From positions 1-64,000 of the forward strand of contig JBHLQH010000001.1 in the NCBI GenBank assembly GCA_048884965.1: a DNA stretch of 64,000 nucleotides, written 5' to 3'. This stretch comes from Candidatus Thorarchaeota archaeon (GTDB taxonomy: Archaea; Asgardarchaeota; Thorarchaeia; Thorarchaeales; Thorarchaeaceae). The position numbers were made by a program, and so were the translations under genes. How positions within the stretch are numbered: the stretch's first letter is position 1; every line of letters starts with the position of its first letter. The notes beneath the pieces were generated by a model. That model did no database searches and was not told the DNA's origin. It was given only the letters and a program-made list of their open reading frames with translations. Below are positions 20,813 through 30,845 of the stretch, piece after piece.

Positions 20813-21481
20813 TCATTCGTTTTCATGATAGGTGTAAGTTTTTCGTAATTCCTGCGACCCGAGATGAGCTTGACGAAGAGGCTCTGGGATTCTATGTTGT
20901 GAGACCTTTCCTACAATATCAATGGCTGTTTTCAATGAGATCCCGTGTCCTATTGATACATAGACTGGTCTTTTTCCTTTGGTGGACCAAAATGCTACTC
21001 CAAGCTGTTCAGAATCGTTGATTATAGGAGCAACATTGTCTTTCCGCACACCTACTATTCCGAGCATCAACTTCTTAGCTACTCCAATAGTTGGGATATT
21101 CATTTTCACTCCTACATAAGAGGCGAGACCCATTCGTCTAGGATGCAGGATGCCGTTCCCATCAATCAAGACCGGTCCTTGATGCTTAAGTTCCTTCAGA
21201 ATCTCTATGATCAATGGAGCCTCTCGAAGATAGAAGAATCCTGACCGATATGGGACATCGCAAATAGATTTCCTTTTCTCAATTTCAACAATCTCCATTG
21301 ATTCACCATCTTGGACGACTGCACATGCAAATGCATTGGTATCTTGATAGGCAACATCAACTCCTATGATATACTTGCTACCAACCATGGGACTATCTAT
21401 GTTTGAAACCTGTTTCGCCAGCTTCAGTTGCTCTTCCTCTGCGCCTTGGAACGTATGCTCAGTTCCCATCATATCCTTCAT
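20813..21481 (-). CDS. nfi: Endonuclease V
   Basis: IGVDVAY, PYRSGFFYLREAP, LIDGNGILHPRRMGLAS, PTIGVAK, PVYVSIGH, RIPEPLRQAH. Confidence 0.93.
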   Translation of the reverse strand: MKDMMGTEHTFQGAEEEQLKLAKQVSNIDSPMVGSKYIIGVDVAYQDTNAFACAVVQDGESMEIVEIEKRKSICDVPYRSGFFYLREAPLIIEILKELKHQGPVLIDGNGILHPRRMGLASYVGVKMNIPTIGVAKKLMLGIVGVRKDNVAPIINDSEQLGVAFWSTKGKRPVYVSIGHGISLKTAIDIVGKVSQHRIPEPLRQAHLGSQELRKTYTYHENE

Positions 21482-21546
21482 CAGATAATCTGATTACCTC
21501 TCTATAATATTTAATTGCTGAGGAGCATCACTCAGATTGAGGTTTA

Positions 21547-22827
21547 TTGTTGCAGGGATTCACTGATCTGATGGGCGCTGCATCTGCTGGACATATCGAG
21601 AATGTACGACGCCTTCTTGCATTAGGTGAGGATGTCAACGCTCGAGCAGGAAATGGACGAACCCCGCTTATGTATGCAGCGACTACAGGAAGATCGGAAG
21701 AGGTGGTAGCAGCTCTATTAGATGCTGGAGCTGACATCGATGCACAGGACGTAGAAGGCTGGACTGCTCTTATGGGTGCTATCAGCTTTGACTTGGACGC
21801 CATTGCACGTCTTCTCATCATCCGGGGGACGAATGTCAATCTTGCGACAAAAAGAGGTCAGGTAGCACTTCAGCTCGCTTCCGCGATGGGTAACTCTGAG
21901 ATGGCTCGCTTTCTGATTGCATCTGGAGCGGATGTAGGTGCTGAACGTGTCGATGGCTTCACCGTACTTATGGCTGCAGCTCAAGGCAACCAACTGAAAT
22001 TGGTGCAAGAGCTTGTAGAGGTTCATGGGCTCGACTCTCATCAGAAAGATGACCATCAATGGGATGCATTATCCTATGCACTTGAGTATGGTGATCTTGA
22101 TTTGATAGAATACCTTCTCAAAGCGGGTTGCGACCCCACCACAATCGATGGAGATGGATTATCGCCTCTCATGAGGATGTCGAAAAGCGGTAAGGTAAGG
22201 AATGCTGAGGTACTTATCGAGTATGGGGCAGATGTAGATCAACGGACCTATGACAACATGACCTCCTTACTCTTCGCCATTGATGAGGGTAAGACTGAGG
22301 TAGTTGATTTACTTATCACGCAAAATGCGAACTTGGATCTTTCACGTTCAGATGGTCTAACTCCCCTCATGTTTGCAACTGCAACAGAAAATCCTACGGC
22401 CGCTCAGCACCTCATGGAAGCGGGTGCGAATATACATCTTTCAGACGAAGATGGATGGAACGCATTATTATCTGCGGCATCATGGGGTCTATCATCTGTT
22501 GTCGACATGCTGCTGACGCAGGGTGCTGATATCAAATCAACAAGGAAGGATGGATATACGCTTCTGATGGCCGCAGCAGTAGGAGGTCTCACAGATATTG
22601 TAAAGATGTGTCTCGACAAAGGAATTGAGATCAATGCGGTAGATGGTGAGAATCTTACTGCACTCATCTATGCTGCTGAGAACGGACACCTCGAAATATG
22701 TGAGATTCTTTTGGAGTCAGGTGCTGATGTTTCCATCTGCGATACAGATGGACGTAATGCCAAGGATTGCGCTAAGGACTTCAATCATACGCAGATAATT
22801 GAGCTTCTTGACAAGTATCTTGAGTGA
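21547..22827 (+). CDS. Ankyrin repeat protein (about 12-13 repeats)
   Basis: Repeated G.TPLM.AA..G...V..LL..GAD.N 33-aa units. Confidence 0.95.
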   Translation: MLQGFTDLMGAASAGHIENVRRLLALGEDVNARAGNGRTPLMYAATTGRSEEVVAALLDAGADIDAQDVEGWTALMGAISFDLDAIARLLIIRGTNVNLATKRGQVALQLASAMGNSEMARFLIASGADVGAERVDGFTVLMAAAQGNQLKLVQELVEVHGLDSHQKDDHQWDALSYALEYGDLDLIEYLLKAGCDPTTIDGDGLSPLMRMSKSGKVRNAEVLIEYGADVDQRTYDNMTSLLFAIDEGKTEVVDLLITQNANLDLSRSDGLTPLMFATATENPTAAQHLMEAGANIHLSDEDGWNALLSAASWGLSSVVDMLLTQGADIKSTRKDGYTLLMAAAVGGLTDIVKMCLDKGIEINAVDGENLTALIYAAENGHLEICEILLESGADVSICDTDGRNAKDCAKDFNHTQIIELLDKYLE

Positions 22828-22897
22828 TTCGCGACTGCATTTCGCTTGAATGGATTGGCTTATTATTCCTCAGCTATCTTGGGCAACTGAATGTGAT

Positions 22898-23449
22898 ATG
22901 AAAATAGGATTGTTGGTTTACGAAGGATTTGTTGACTTTGAGATAACCTTGCTCCTTTTGCTTCTCAGAGATAAGGGGGAATTATATGTCATCTCAGTTG
23001 ATGAATCAGTTGTCACCTCTCATGGTCGACTCAGGGTTCACGCGGATAGAAAGATTGCAGCAGTAGCTCCAAGAGAGATTGATTTGCTGGTCATTCCTGG
23101 TGGAGAACCCCGGATATATGCTGACAGAGTTGACATCCAATCATTCATCTCCCTTGTCAATCAGAATGGTATTCCAATAGCTGCTATCTGCGGAGGTCCT
23201 GAATTTCTCTCACAAGCTGGTATAATCAAAGGAAGACGCATCACTCATGGACATGACCCTGAATATGCCTCAAAGATTTTCTCAGAGAGCATCATCGTAG
23301 ATGAGGATGTTGTCATTGATGGGAATATCATCACTGCAAAAGGACAAGCATACGCTGAGTTTGCTGTTGAGGTGTATGGACATCTAGGCTTTTTTGGCTC
23401 AGAGGCTGAGAAAGATGAAACACTAAGATGGATGAAGAATATTCACTAG
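22898..23449 (+). CDS. DJ-1/PfpI family protein
   Basis: GFVDFE, LLVIPGG, IAAICGGP nucleophile elbow, DVVIDGNIITAKG. Confidence 0.9.
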   Translation: MKIGLLVYEGFVDFEITLLLLLLRDKGELYVISVDESVVTSHGRLRVHADRKIAAVAPREIDLLVIPGGEPRIYADRVDIQSFISLVNQNGIPIAAICGGPEFLSQAGIIKGRRITHGHDPEYASKIFSESIIVDEDVVIDGNIITAKGQAYAEFAVEVYGHLGFFGSEAEKDETLRWMKNIH

Positions 23450-23483
23450 TAGTCTACAACAGAGATTGATTATTCTAGTCAAT

Positions 23484-24131
23484 TTAGGCATCCACGACGA
23501 CTCCTCCCTTTTTGAGATCAGCGAAATATACTTCCGCAGAAGAGATTGGAATCTGAAGCTCCTTCTCGAAGAGTTGAACCAGCTGTTCTCTTGAAAAGGA
23601 ACTGCCCTGTTCATGTCTTTGGATCAGAAGAATGAGCCGTATCTGTCTAGCGTTGGCGGCATGCTGCATCGCGCCTTCTACCAATCGATAACCCGAGGTT
23701 GGAGCAAAGAGGTTCTCAGTAAGTTGATCGAGTGCCCACTCTTGATCAAAGAAGGTCCTATCTCCATGCCAGTTTCGAATTAGGAACTTGTATTCCTCCT
23801 CAAATAGAGCGAGGAATTTCAGGAATCTATTGAGAATCTCTGGATTGACTGTAGAAGATGTCACAACTATTCCTGCGAGGTACTCTCCATGGCATACATT
23901 AGCCGTGTATCTCTCTATCTGAAATTGCTCCTGTAGCACTCTATCCGTCGAAGTTGAGCTGAATTTCTGCTGCATTGATGTAGCGGTAATTAATGCACTG
24001 AAGAGGTCTGGGTCAATCTTCTCATTGACAAACGAGTGATGGAATATTGAGAGTCCACTCTCAAGCAAGGACACAATGACATGCTGTATCTCTTTTTGTT
24101 TCTGTTTGTCTTTGCCTATCTTACCTTTCAT
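23484..24131 (-). CDS. Longin-like domain protein with C-terminal winged helix (putative eukaryotic signature protein)
   Basis: HVIVS..SGLSIFHHSF...IDPDLFSALITA...FLALFEEEY...NWHGD longin-type pattern; C-terminal FSREQL..IPISSAEVYFADLKKGGVV. Confidence 0.65.
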   Translation of the reverse strand: MKGKIGKDKQKQKEIQHVIVSLLESGLSIFHHSFVNEKIDPDLFSALITATSMQQKFSSTSTDRVLQEQFQIERYTANVCHGEYLAGIVVTSSTVNPEILNRFLKFLALFEEEYKFLIRNWHGDRTFFDQEWALDQLTENLFAPTSGYRLVEGAMQHAANARQIRLILLIQRHEQGSSFSREQLVQLFEKELQIPISSAEVYFADLKKGGVVVDA

Positions 24132-24262
24132 TTACGATCCCTTTGGTTCCCAACCTGCTCCAAGCGTACTATGATTTAACTCTGACTATCATATACTCAC
24201 AGAAGTTTAATCTAGGGCTTGATATCCCCCTCTCAAAATCCAGTATGGATTGTGTGCAAATT

Positions 24263-25813
24263 ATGAAAGAGTCCGTATTACTCCTTGGCGCATCTGGATC
24301 AATGGGATTCGAAGCCTTCAAGCAACTGTGGGCAAGAAGGGATGAGATAGGCGCTCGTAAATACGATATTGTACTTCTTCTCCGTCCTTCCAAGAAGAAT
24401 AAAGAGATGTTTGATGAATATCTGAAAGAGTGCAATATCCACGGAATAGAAAGCTCTGGTTGTGTCGAAGGAGATGGACTTCGTATCGTTTGGGGTGATG
24501 CCACAATATATTCTGATATACTTGAGGCCGTACAAGGTGTGGATTGGATTCTCTCTCCCATGGCTTTCATTGCACCCGCGGCAGATCATGACCCAGAAAC
24601 ATCCAAGGCTGTCAATACCACTGCGGTGGAGCACATCATCAAGGCTATCTATGAGGTCGGAGGACAAGATCATATCAAATTAGTCTATGTGGGGTCCGTT
24701 GCGGAAACTGGTGACCGTCTCCAGGAAATTCACATGGGTCGAGTTGGCGATCCCTTGAAACCCAGTATCTTCGACTTCTATGCTACATGCAAAATTGCAG
24801 GCGAACGTGCAGTCATCGAATCAGGGCTAAAGTATTGGGTATCACTTCGTCAAACGTATATCGCCATCCCTGATACAATGAGCTTGCAAGACCCGATAAT
24901 GTTTCATCAACCATTGGATACCTGCATTGAGTTCAACACAAGTAGAGATGCTGGACGTGGTCTAATCAATTGTCTTGGTGTTCCTGAATCCTCTGACTTC
25001 TGGCGACATGTGTACAATATGGGCGGAGGTCCTTCCTGCAGGATCACCTATTATGAGTATATGAGGGATATTTACAATCTACTCGGATTGGGTGACTTTC
25101 GAGAGGTTATGGATCGAAATTGGTTTGCATTACGTAACTTTCATTGCCAATATTTCGAGGACAGCCATATACTGAACAAGTACATTCACAATTGGGGCGA
25201 CACTCTAGAAATCTACTATCAGCAGGTCTTGGATCATCTACCCGCGAAACTAAAGGCCGCAAAAATCCTTGCCAAGATTCCTGGACTTTCAGGTCAAATA
25301 AAGAAGACAACTCGCAAGACCATGGAGGCGATGGTGGATGGAAAGGACGGAACGCGATACTGGTATGAGAGCGGGAATATTCCTCGAATCAATGCCTTCT
25401 ATGGCTCAATGGAGGCCTACGAGTCTATTGGGCATTGGGATGATTTTGATGAGTCATACTTGCGTGCAGAGTGGCGAAGGTTGGATCATGGATATGACGA
25501 ATCAAAGAACACGATCGAGTTGTCTGACCTCAAGCAAGCTGCAAAATTCAGGGGCGGCACCTTGGAGTCGGGTTCATGGAATGGTGACCTATATAGCAAA
25601 CTCAGTTGGAGATGTGCTTTCGACCATTCATTCGATGCCTCCCCGTATCTTGTACTAAAGACTGGTCATTGGTGCCCGACATGTGCAGCACCTCCGTGGA
25701 ATTACGATGAAATCGCCAAGAAGAACCCATTCTTTGCTCAGGTCTGGTACACGAACCATACCAAAGACGAGGAAAACTTCTATCCAGCTGACTGTTACAA
25801 GGATATTCTCTAA
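24263..25813 (+). CDS. Extended SDR / NAD-dependent epimerase-dehydratase with C-terminal zinc finger
   Basis: GASGSMG Rossmann motif, YATCK catalytic motif, WRC..H...WCPTC tail. Confidence 0.85.
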   Translation: MKESVLLLGASGSMGFEAFKQLWARRDEIGARKYDIVLLLRPSKKNKEMFDEYLKECNIHGIESSGCVEGDGLRIVWGDATIYSDILEAVQGVDWILSPMAFIAPAADHDPETSKAVNTTAVEHIIKAIYEVGGQDHIKLVYVGSVAETGDRLQEIHMGRVGDPLKPSIFDFYATCKIAGERAVIESGLKYWVSLRQTYIAIPDTMSLQDPIMFHQPLDTCIEFNTSRDAGRGLINCLGVPESSDFWRHVYNMGGGPSCRITYYEYMRDIYNLLGLGDFREVMDRNWFALRNFHCQYFEDSHILNKYIHNWGDTLEIYYQQVLDHLPAKLKAAKILAKIPGLSGQIKKTTRKTMEAMVDGKDGTRYWYESGNIPRINAFYGSMEAYESIGHWDDFDESYLRAEWRRLDHGYDESKNTIELSDLKQAAKFRGGTLESGSWNGDLYSKLSWRCAFDHSFDASPYLVLKTGHWCPTCAAPPWNYDEIAKKNPFFAQVWYTNHTKDEENFYPADCYKDIL

Positions 25814-25817
25814 GCAA

Positions 25818-26066
25818 CTACTCAGACCACGTGGTATTCGAGAACTCTATCGCATGCAACACAGGCACTCGAAAATCCTCGTCCTCACAGTCAAAGCAAT
25901 ACATGACGAATCCGTCGTATGCAAAGAAGTGGATACGGTGGCTTCTGTATATGATATTTGGTTCGGCAATATGAATGAGTCTAAGGAACTCATCTCTTCT
26001 GAATTTCACACGATACGAGCTTGTATGTGCTGCTTCAGCTGCTGCAGCACCTCCTGCGTAGGCCAT
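25818..26066 (-). CDS. Small hypothetical protein
   Basis: ATG preceded by GGTGA; plausible globular composition; convergent with the SDR gene. Confidence 0.6.
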   Translation of the reverse strand: MAYAGGAAAAEAAHTSSYRVKFRRDEFLRLIHIAEPNIIYRSHRIHFFAYDGFVMYCFDCEDEDFRVPVLHAIEFSNTTWSE

Positions 26067-26191
26067 TTCTGGTTTCACCTAAGAGCTATGGCGTTTGAAC
26101 ACATATCAATTATTGGAGGAATGCAATACGTTTCCAATGGCATATTAGGATGGCTCCCCAGCTATTGGGAGAGGGACAATTCGGTGGAAAA

Positions 26192-26314
26192 ATGAAGAGA
26201 ATGACCATAGTGGCTTCACTTGAGCTAATCGTAGTAGTTGGCTCTATTCTGGCTCTTGGTACAGCATGGAAAGGAAGAGTCAATATCCTTCAGAAGATTT
26301 GTTCTGGAGTGTAG
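26192..26314 (+). CDS. Possible 40-aa single-pass membrane peptide (below the ORF-track cutoff)
   Basis: MKRMTIVASLELIVVVGSILALGTAWKGRVNILQKICSGV; GGTGG just upstream; fills the intergenic gap. Confidence 0.3.
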   Translation: MKRMTIVASLELIVVVGSILALGTAWKGRVNILQKICSGV

Positions 26315-26317
26315 ATA

Positions 26318-27823
26318 CTACCGTTTCCTCTGAAGTGCAAACAACAGAACTATGACCAAAATAGCTCCCCCCAAGAAGAGAGGGAGATCGACTGGACTAT
26401 TCTTGAAGATGTCTACATCGTCACGGAGGAAATCCCCGTCCGAATTCTCGTTCAATGGATCTGAACCATAGAGCATTATTTCATCGAAATCAGAAACATT
26501 GTCATTATCTGAATCCATTTGGTTCGGGAATGTTCCGTATTCGTGCTCTTCGATATTCAGTAATCCATCTCCATCCAGATCTCCTTCCCTATCATCGACC
26601 AATGGATCCAGACCAAAATAAATCTCGTATGCATCATTCATTGTGTCAGAATCTGAATCTGCTCTTAGTGGATTAGTATGGTAGATGTTGACTTCTGCTG
26701 AATCTGTAAGAGAATCAAGATCAGTGTCAATTGAGTTGAAGTCTGTGCCAATGGAATATTCGATGGCATCAGAAAGTGAGTCTCCGTCGGAATCAGCAGA
26801 ATTCCTATCGCTTCCTATCACAATTTCAACTATGTCCACCAATGTATCAGCATCTAAATCTGCATTGAAGATTTCAGGGAATCCTATCGCCAATGCGATT
26901 GCTCCTGCAGTTGCCGCAGTGAATTCAGCTCCAACATCATAATGATACATCTCTTTGTCATAAGTGTCATCTGGAGTGTGCCAATACATATGAGTTCCAT
27001 CAAATGCGGTCGTTGCATTGTATCCGAAGTAATGGAAATAGTAGTGATCGCTATTACCACCAAACCTCCACCCATCGATTGGGTCTACAACATCCGTTCC
27101 AAACAACTCGCTCAAGAGCTGAATGCATGCTGGCCACACAAAGCTATTTGCTGTATCTGAAAAGTAGTATATCGGGAGTCTGATGTTACTCAATATCATA
27201 TCTGCATTCAAGGCGCACATTAGGTCCAATCCCTCATGTTCAATGTATAGGGCTACATCTCGAGACCCACCTAAGCCATATTCCTCATTGTTGAAACCAA
27301 CGAACCAAATCTGTGTGTTCCATTCATACTTGGAAAGGACTCTTGCAAGCTCAAGCATATAGGCTATTCCCGAACCATTATCATCTGCCCCTGGACTTAC
27401 ATGGACCGTATCAAAATGACCTCCAACTAGGACTACTTGATTGGAGCCTCCTTCTGGGATGTATCTGCCAACGACACTTCTCCATTCACCAAAGACCTCG
27501 ACATCAAGCACGCCTTCAGAAACCTCATTCAATTTGTCAACAAGCCAATCAATTGTTTCGTTGTTCGCTTCGGTATGAATTGGCCTCGGTCCTATGTCTT
27601 CGGAAAGATACTGGACATGGGCTCTGAAATTCTGCTCTGAAACGGCATTGAATATCTCCTCTATTTGTTCTGGCAAATCGAGACCTTGCTCATCTTGTGC
27701 AAGAGCAACCCTTTCTTGAGAATCTACTGATGCGATACTAGCTGGATAGAAAATGCTTGATGCGATTAGAAAAGTGAAGGTGACCATGACACCTATTGTC
27801 TGCCATCTCAAGTGACCCACCAA
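26318..27823 (-). CDS. M28 family metallo-aminopeptidase with Ca-binding DxDxD (TSP3-like) repeats and TM anchor
   Basis: GGHFD, GADDNGSG, NEEYGL.GS, NADM, NSDH, YWHTPDD; about 7 D.D.D.L.D repeats; C-terminal TM plus RKR. Confidence 0.9.
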   Translation of the reverse strand: MVGHLRWQTIGVMVTFTFLIASSIFYPASIASVDSQERVALAQDEQGLDLPEQIEEIFNAVSEQNFRAHVQYLSEDIGPRPIHTEANNETIDWLVDKLNEVSEGVLDVEVFGEWRSVVGRYIPEGGSNQVVLVGGHFDTVHVSPGADDNGSGIAYMLELARVLSKYEWNTQIWFVGFNNEEYGLGGSRDVALYIEHEGLDLMCALNADMILSNIRLPIYYFSDTANSFVWPACIQLLSELFGTDVVDPIDGWRFGGNSDHYYFHYFGYNATTAFDGTHMYWHTPDDTYDKEMYHYDVGAEFTAATAGAIALAIGFPEIFNADLDADTLVDIVEIVIGSDRNSADSDGDSLSDAIEYSIGTDFNSIDTDLDSLTDSAEVNIYHTNPLRADSDSDTMNDAYEIYFGLDPLVDDREGDLDGDGLLNIEEHEYGTFPNQMDSDNDNVSDFDEIMLYGSDPLNENSDGDFLRDDVDIFKNSPVDLPLFLGGAILVIVLLFALQRKR

Positions 27824-27941
27824 TCACTTTTGTAGTATAGGTAGATACTCTCTCTTTCGGTCTGCGCATTGGGGTTTCCACCAACAATTATATGGTTGAT
27901 TGCTATACTCTGCTTCTTACGTAGACATTGTGGTGGAATTG

Positions 27942-28382
27942 ATGCAGGGATCAAAGAATGCGGCACTTCTTTTCCTACTTAGTTCGATTATGCTCTTCGT
28001 TCAGGCAAGTGTAAGCTCAATTGTTCTCGATGATTGGTTGGGAGCATTTGTTGCTGGATCATTTGGATTTGTGATGTTACTTGCATTGGGCATGGCATAC
28101 AAGGGAGGGCTTTCTGCTGTGGTACAATCAACCACCGTTGACGGTCCTGGCTATAGGACCACGTATTATCGCGATACCGGTCAAAGGATTCAGGCTACGC
28201 CTTGCTGTGGCATATGTGGAGGAATCGGTATCTTCATCGCTATCCTAATGCTTGCGGGAGATGTTTTCGGTGATCTATTTCTTGCTCTTATCCCAGGTAT
28301 TTTGGCTGGCATTCTCTCCATACTTGCAGGAATCGTCTTCGCGATTGAATATAAAGGACCTTGGACTGGGCAGGTATACTAA
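27942..28382 (+). CDS. Hypothetical membrane protein (about 4 TM) with PCCGICG motif
   Basis: Four hydrophobic segments; Cys cluster before TM3. Confidence 0.65.
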   Translation: MQGSKNAALLFLLSSIMLFVQASVSSIVLDDWLGAFVAGSFGFVMLLALGMAYKGGLSAVVQSTTVDGPGYRTTYYRDTGQRIQATPCCGICGGIGIFIAILMLAGDVFGDLFLALIPGILAGILSILAGIVFAIEYKGPWTGQVY

Positions 28383-28696
28383 GACAGGTCATATCCACAC
28401 TCTGTGCATTTTATCATTCCCGGACGAACTGGGGTCCCACACAATGGACATGAAGCTCTTGATTGCTGTGTTTGGTTTCTTGTCTGTAGAAACCTCCCTG
28501 AGCTCCTGATGTTGTTCAGACCCATCTGATCTGCATACATTTCAGTATAGCCACAATTACCACAAGTATAGGCATCAAGCGTCGCAGTCGAGAGTCCTGG
28601 AAGATCTATCTTTGCCCATCCTTCTCCTCCGTGAACCCTATGAGGTCCTGCAATGCGAGTATCTCCACATTTTGGGCATGAACCTGAATTCCTCAT
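28379..28696 (-). CDS. Double zinc-ribbon protein (putative nucleic-acid binding)
   Basis: CPKCG...CGNCGYTEMY and CPLCG...CTECGY. Confidence 0.8.
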   Translation of the reverse strand: MRNSGSCPKCGDTRIAGPHRVHGGEGWAKIDLPGLSTATLDAYTCGNCGYTEMYADQMGLNNIRSSGRFLQTRNQTQQSRASCPLCGTPVRPGMIKCTECGYDLS

Positions 28697-28820
28697 TTTC
28701 CTCACGGAACTCTATGAATGAAATAAGATAACCCTTCGCTGCCACTGAGTTCAATCTTCTACACATCTTCTTTGGATGCATTCTTCTAATTCCAGAACAT
28801 TAATTGCGCATTGTTACCGC

Positions 28821-30461
28821 ATGGAACATAAGATGTTTCGAGATTCGTGGGCTGGTCTAATCACTGGTACTTGGGAAAAAATAGCCAACCGTGTAAATGA
28901 TGATTTCGGATTGGACTACATCAGTGCACCAGATGATATGCGGCCATCTTATGATTCTCGTCCAAGGGATTTTGGCGGGTGGATCGAAGGCAATCAACTT
29001 GTCCTGTCGAATGAGTGTCTGCGCGGAAAGATCCCTCATATCGGTGTTCTTGCTAGAGGGTATATGAGAAAGGCGTTGGCTACAGAAGGATTTGAGGAAA
29101 CAGTGCTAGAGGATTTCTCCTATGCGTTTGGTGCCCTCTGGTTGCCAATTAAAAACCTAAAGTATTGGTATGATAAGTGGAGAGAATTCCGTGAGTTCAA
29201 AGGAGATGAAGTCACTGGTCTCTATTACCCCGCCGCTGCATTCAATCTCTTCCAGAGCTTTTCGGGTTCTGATTACTTCAACAAATTGCTCAACGAGTAC
29301 ATCTTGATGAAACGGAATGGTCTAGTGCTTGAAGAGAACGACTATGTCCTACACATGCTTGAGCGAGTTCGCCGATTCTCTGTACAGCTGACCCAAACAG
29401 ACTTCAATCTCATCCGACGGCTTTTGGAATTTCCGGACACCAAGCGTGCTGATCTAGCAGCGGAAACAGGCAAGACAATATCATGGGTCTCTCGTAGACT
29501 TGTATCATTACAGGAGTATGGTGTGTTAAGAAAGACCTGTGAGGTGTTCTATCCCCGACTGGGCTTGAAGCAGCTTATCCTACTGATGAACAGCCAGGAC
29601 GAATCCTCTATCTTGGATTATATCAGCGAGTCACCCTTTCTATATTTTGCAAACCGCATCGTCGCTGGAGAATTTGATGTTGTTGCCATGCTTCAAATCC
29701 CCCAGAACTCGAATAACTTTCAATCTTTGAATACCTATCTCAGGATTCTTGCAGATCATGATATCCACACTGAATTATTCGATGTTTCTGCTATGCATTC
29801 CAACAGATGTTTCGATCACTATTCTGCCAAACGAAATAGCTGGGAGATGCCTTGGGAGCTCTTTGGACCACATTTGAGGCGAATCCATGATGAGAATTTG
29901 AGCACGCTCATGGCCCCCGAAATGCGTGCTTGTTCAAGAGCTGATTTGGTACTGAAACATCTTGATTTTCAGATTATCAGTGAGTACCAACGAGGACACT
30001 CTATGCGAGATCTTCGGTCTCACTTGGGAATTAAATATCAGCGACTGGTGCATCGTTTGAATCAGCTAAAGGCTTCTGATATCCTCCGTGATAGGTATGA
30101 CTTAGAACACTGTGGTTTACATGAGGCACTGCTTGTAAAGATTCCAGATCCTGCTCATGGTGCAGCGATCACTTCTTGGGCCCAACGACTACCATACACA
30201 CGCATCATTAAAGGGAGTAATGATGAGTATCTACTCTTCCTTCAGCTTCCTGATGGTGGACTTCAAGGCATGGCCATTGTTCTGCAGACACTTTCTCCGA
30301 ATTTGAAACCAATGCTACTCGATTCTCAACCAATCATCGGGAAATGGTATATCACTCCAGGGTCCTGGAATGATGCGGTCAATGGTCTATGGGATGAGAA
30401 AAAGCAGACATGGATGGGTTCTGAGGAAGAGGTTTCGGATTGGCTAAGGAACCTTCCATAG
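28821..30461 (+). CDS. Large transcriptional regulator: unknown N-terminal domain plus two HTH/AsnC-like modules
   Basis: LTQTDFNLIRRL..KRADLAAETGKTISWVSRRLVSLQEYGVL and LKHLDFQII..SMRDLRSHLGIKYQRLVHRLNQL. Confidence 0.7.
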   Translation: MEHKMFRDSWAGLITGTWEKIANRVNDDFGLDYISAPDDMRPSYDSRPRDFGGWIEGNQLVLSNECLRGKIPHIGVLARGYMRKALATEGFEETVLEDFSYAFGALWLPIKNLKYWYDKWREFREFKGDEVTGLYYPAAAFNLFQSFSGSDYFNKLLNEYILMKRNGLVLEENDYVLHMLERVRRFSVQLTQTDFNLIRRLLEFPDTKRADLAAETGKTISWVSRRLVSLQEYGVLRKTCEVFYPRLGLKQLILLMNSQDESSILDYISESPFLYFANRIVAGEFDVVAMLQIPQNSNNFQSLNTYLRILADHDIHTELFDVSAMHSNRCFDHYSAKRNSWEMPWELFGPHLRRIHDENLSTLMAPEMRACSRADLVLKHLDFQIISEYQRGHSMRDLRSHLGIKYQRLVHRLNQLKASDILRDRYDLEHCGLHEALLVKIPDPAHGAAITSWAQRLPYTRIIKGSNDEYLLFLQLPDGGLQGMAIVLQTLSPNLKPMLLDSQPIIGKWYITPGSWNDAVNGLWDEKKQTWMGSEEEVSDWLRNLP

Positions 30462-30514
30462 GGAAACAATATTGCTCAAAGAATGGAATTAGAGCTCACA
30501 ATCGTTACCATGTC

Positions 30515-30845
30515 TGGAAGAATCGTTGCGGGTTTCGTAATCTCCCCTTCTAAATGCTCTTTAGACTTCAATCCTTGGGCATTTCAAGGGGGGCTCGTTT
30601 TGGAGTATTCTATTATATACTGGATTTCACTTACATTGCATACGCCAGAGAGTTCCGAGTGATTGGAACTATCGCATATCTAGCGCCCCACGGCCGTGGT
30701 TGGGGGGGACCTAGAGCCCCCGTAATCACGATTGCATTTGGGAATGTAGAGGGGGGTTTCCTCAATCTCGAAAAGCCCGATTGCGATTCTCTTCACCGGC
30801 TCTTGATCCATTCGGGGGAACAGGATCAGGAGCCACTCTCTTCTC
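30515..30845 (+). ncRNA. Unidentified highly structured RNA candidate (about 330 nt)
   Basis: Nested helices 30519-25/30784-90, 30529-35/30773-79, 30543-52/30747-56 and 30589-96/30714-21; GUGA (GNRA) hairpin 30651-30670; 12-bp hairpin 30798-30834 followed by pyrimidine/U tracts; G-U pairs favour the plus strand. Confidence 0.55.

Noticed and set aside
30515-30845. RNase P RNA or SRP RNA assignment for the structured element (minus strand shows AAUCGC-hairpin-GAGGAAACCCC; plus strand shows GUAAUCUCCCC)
   Set aside because: No properly placed CR-V/P4 partner; the C-runs pair in nested helices; wobble pairs favour the strand opposite to GAGGAAA; the SRP helix-8 motif is absent. Left unassigned pending a covariance-model search.
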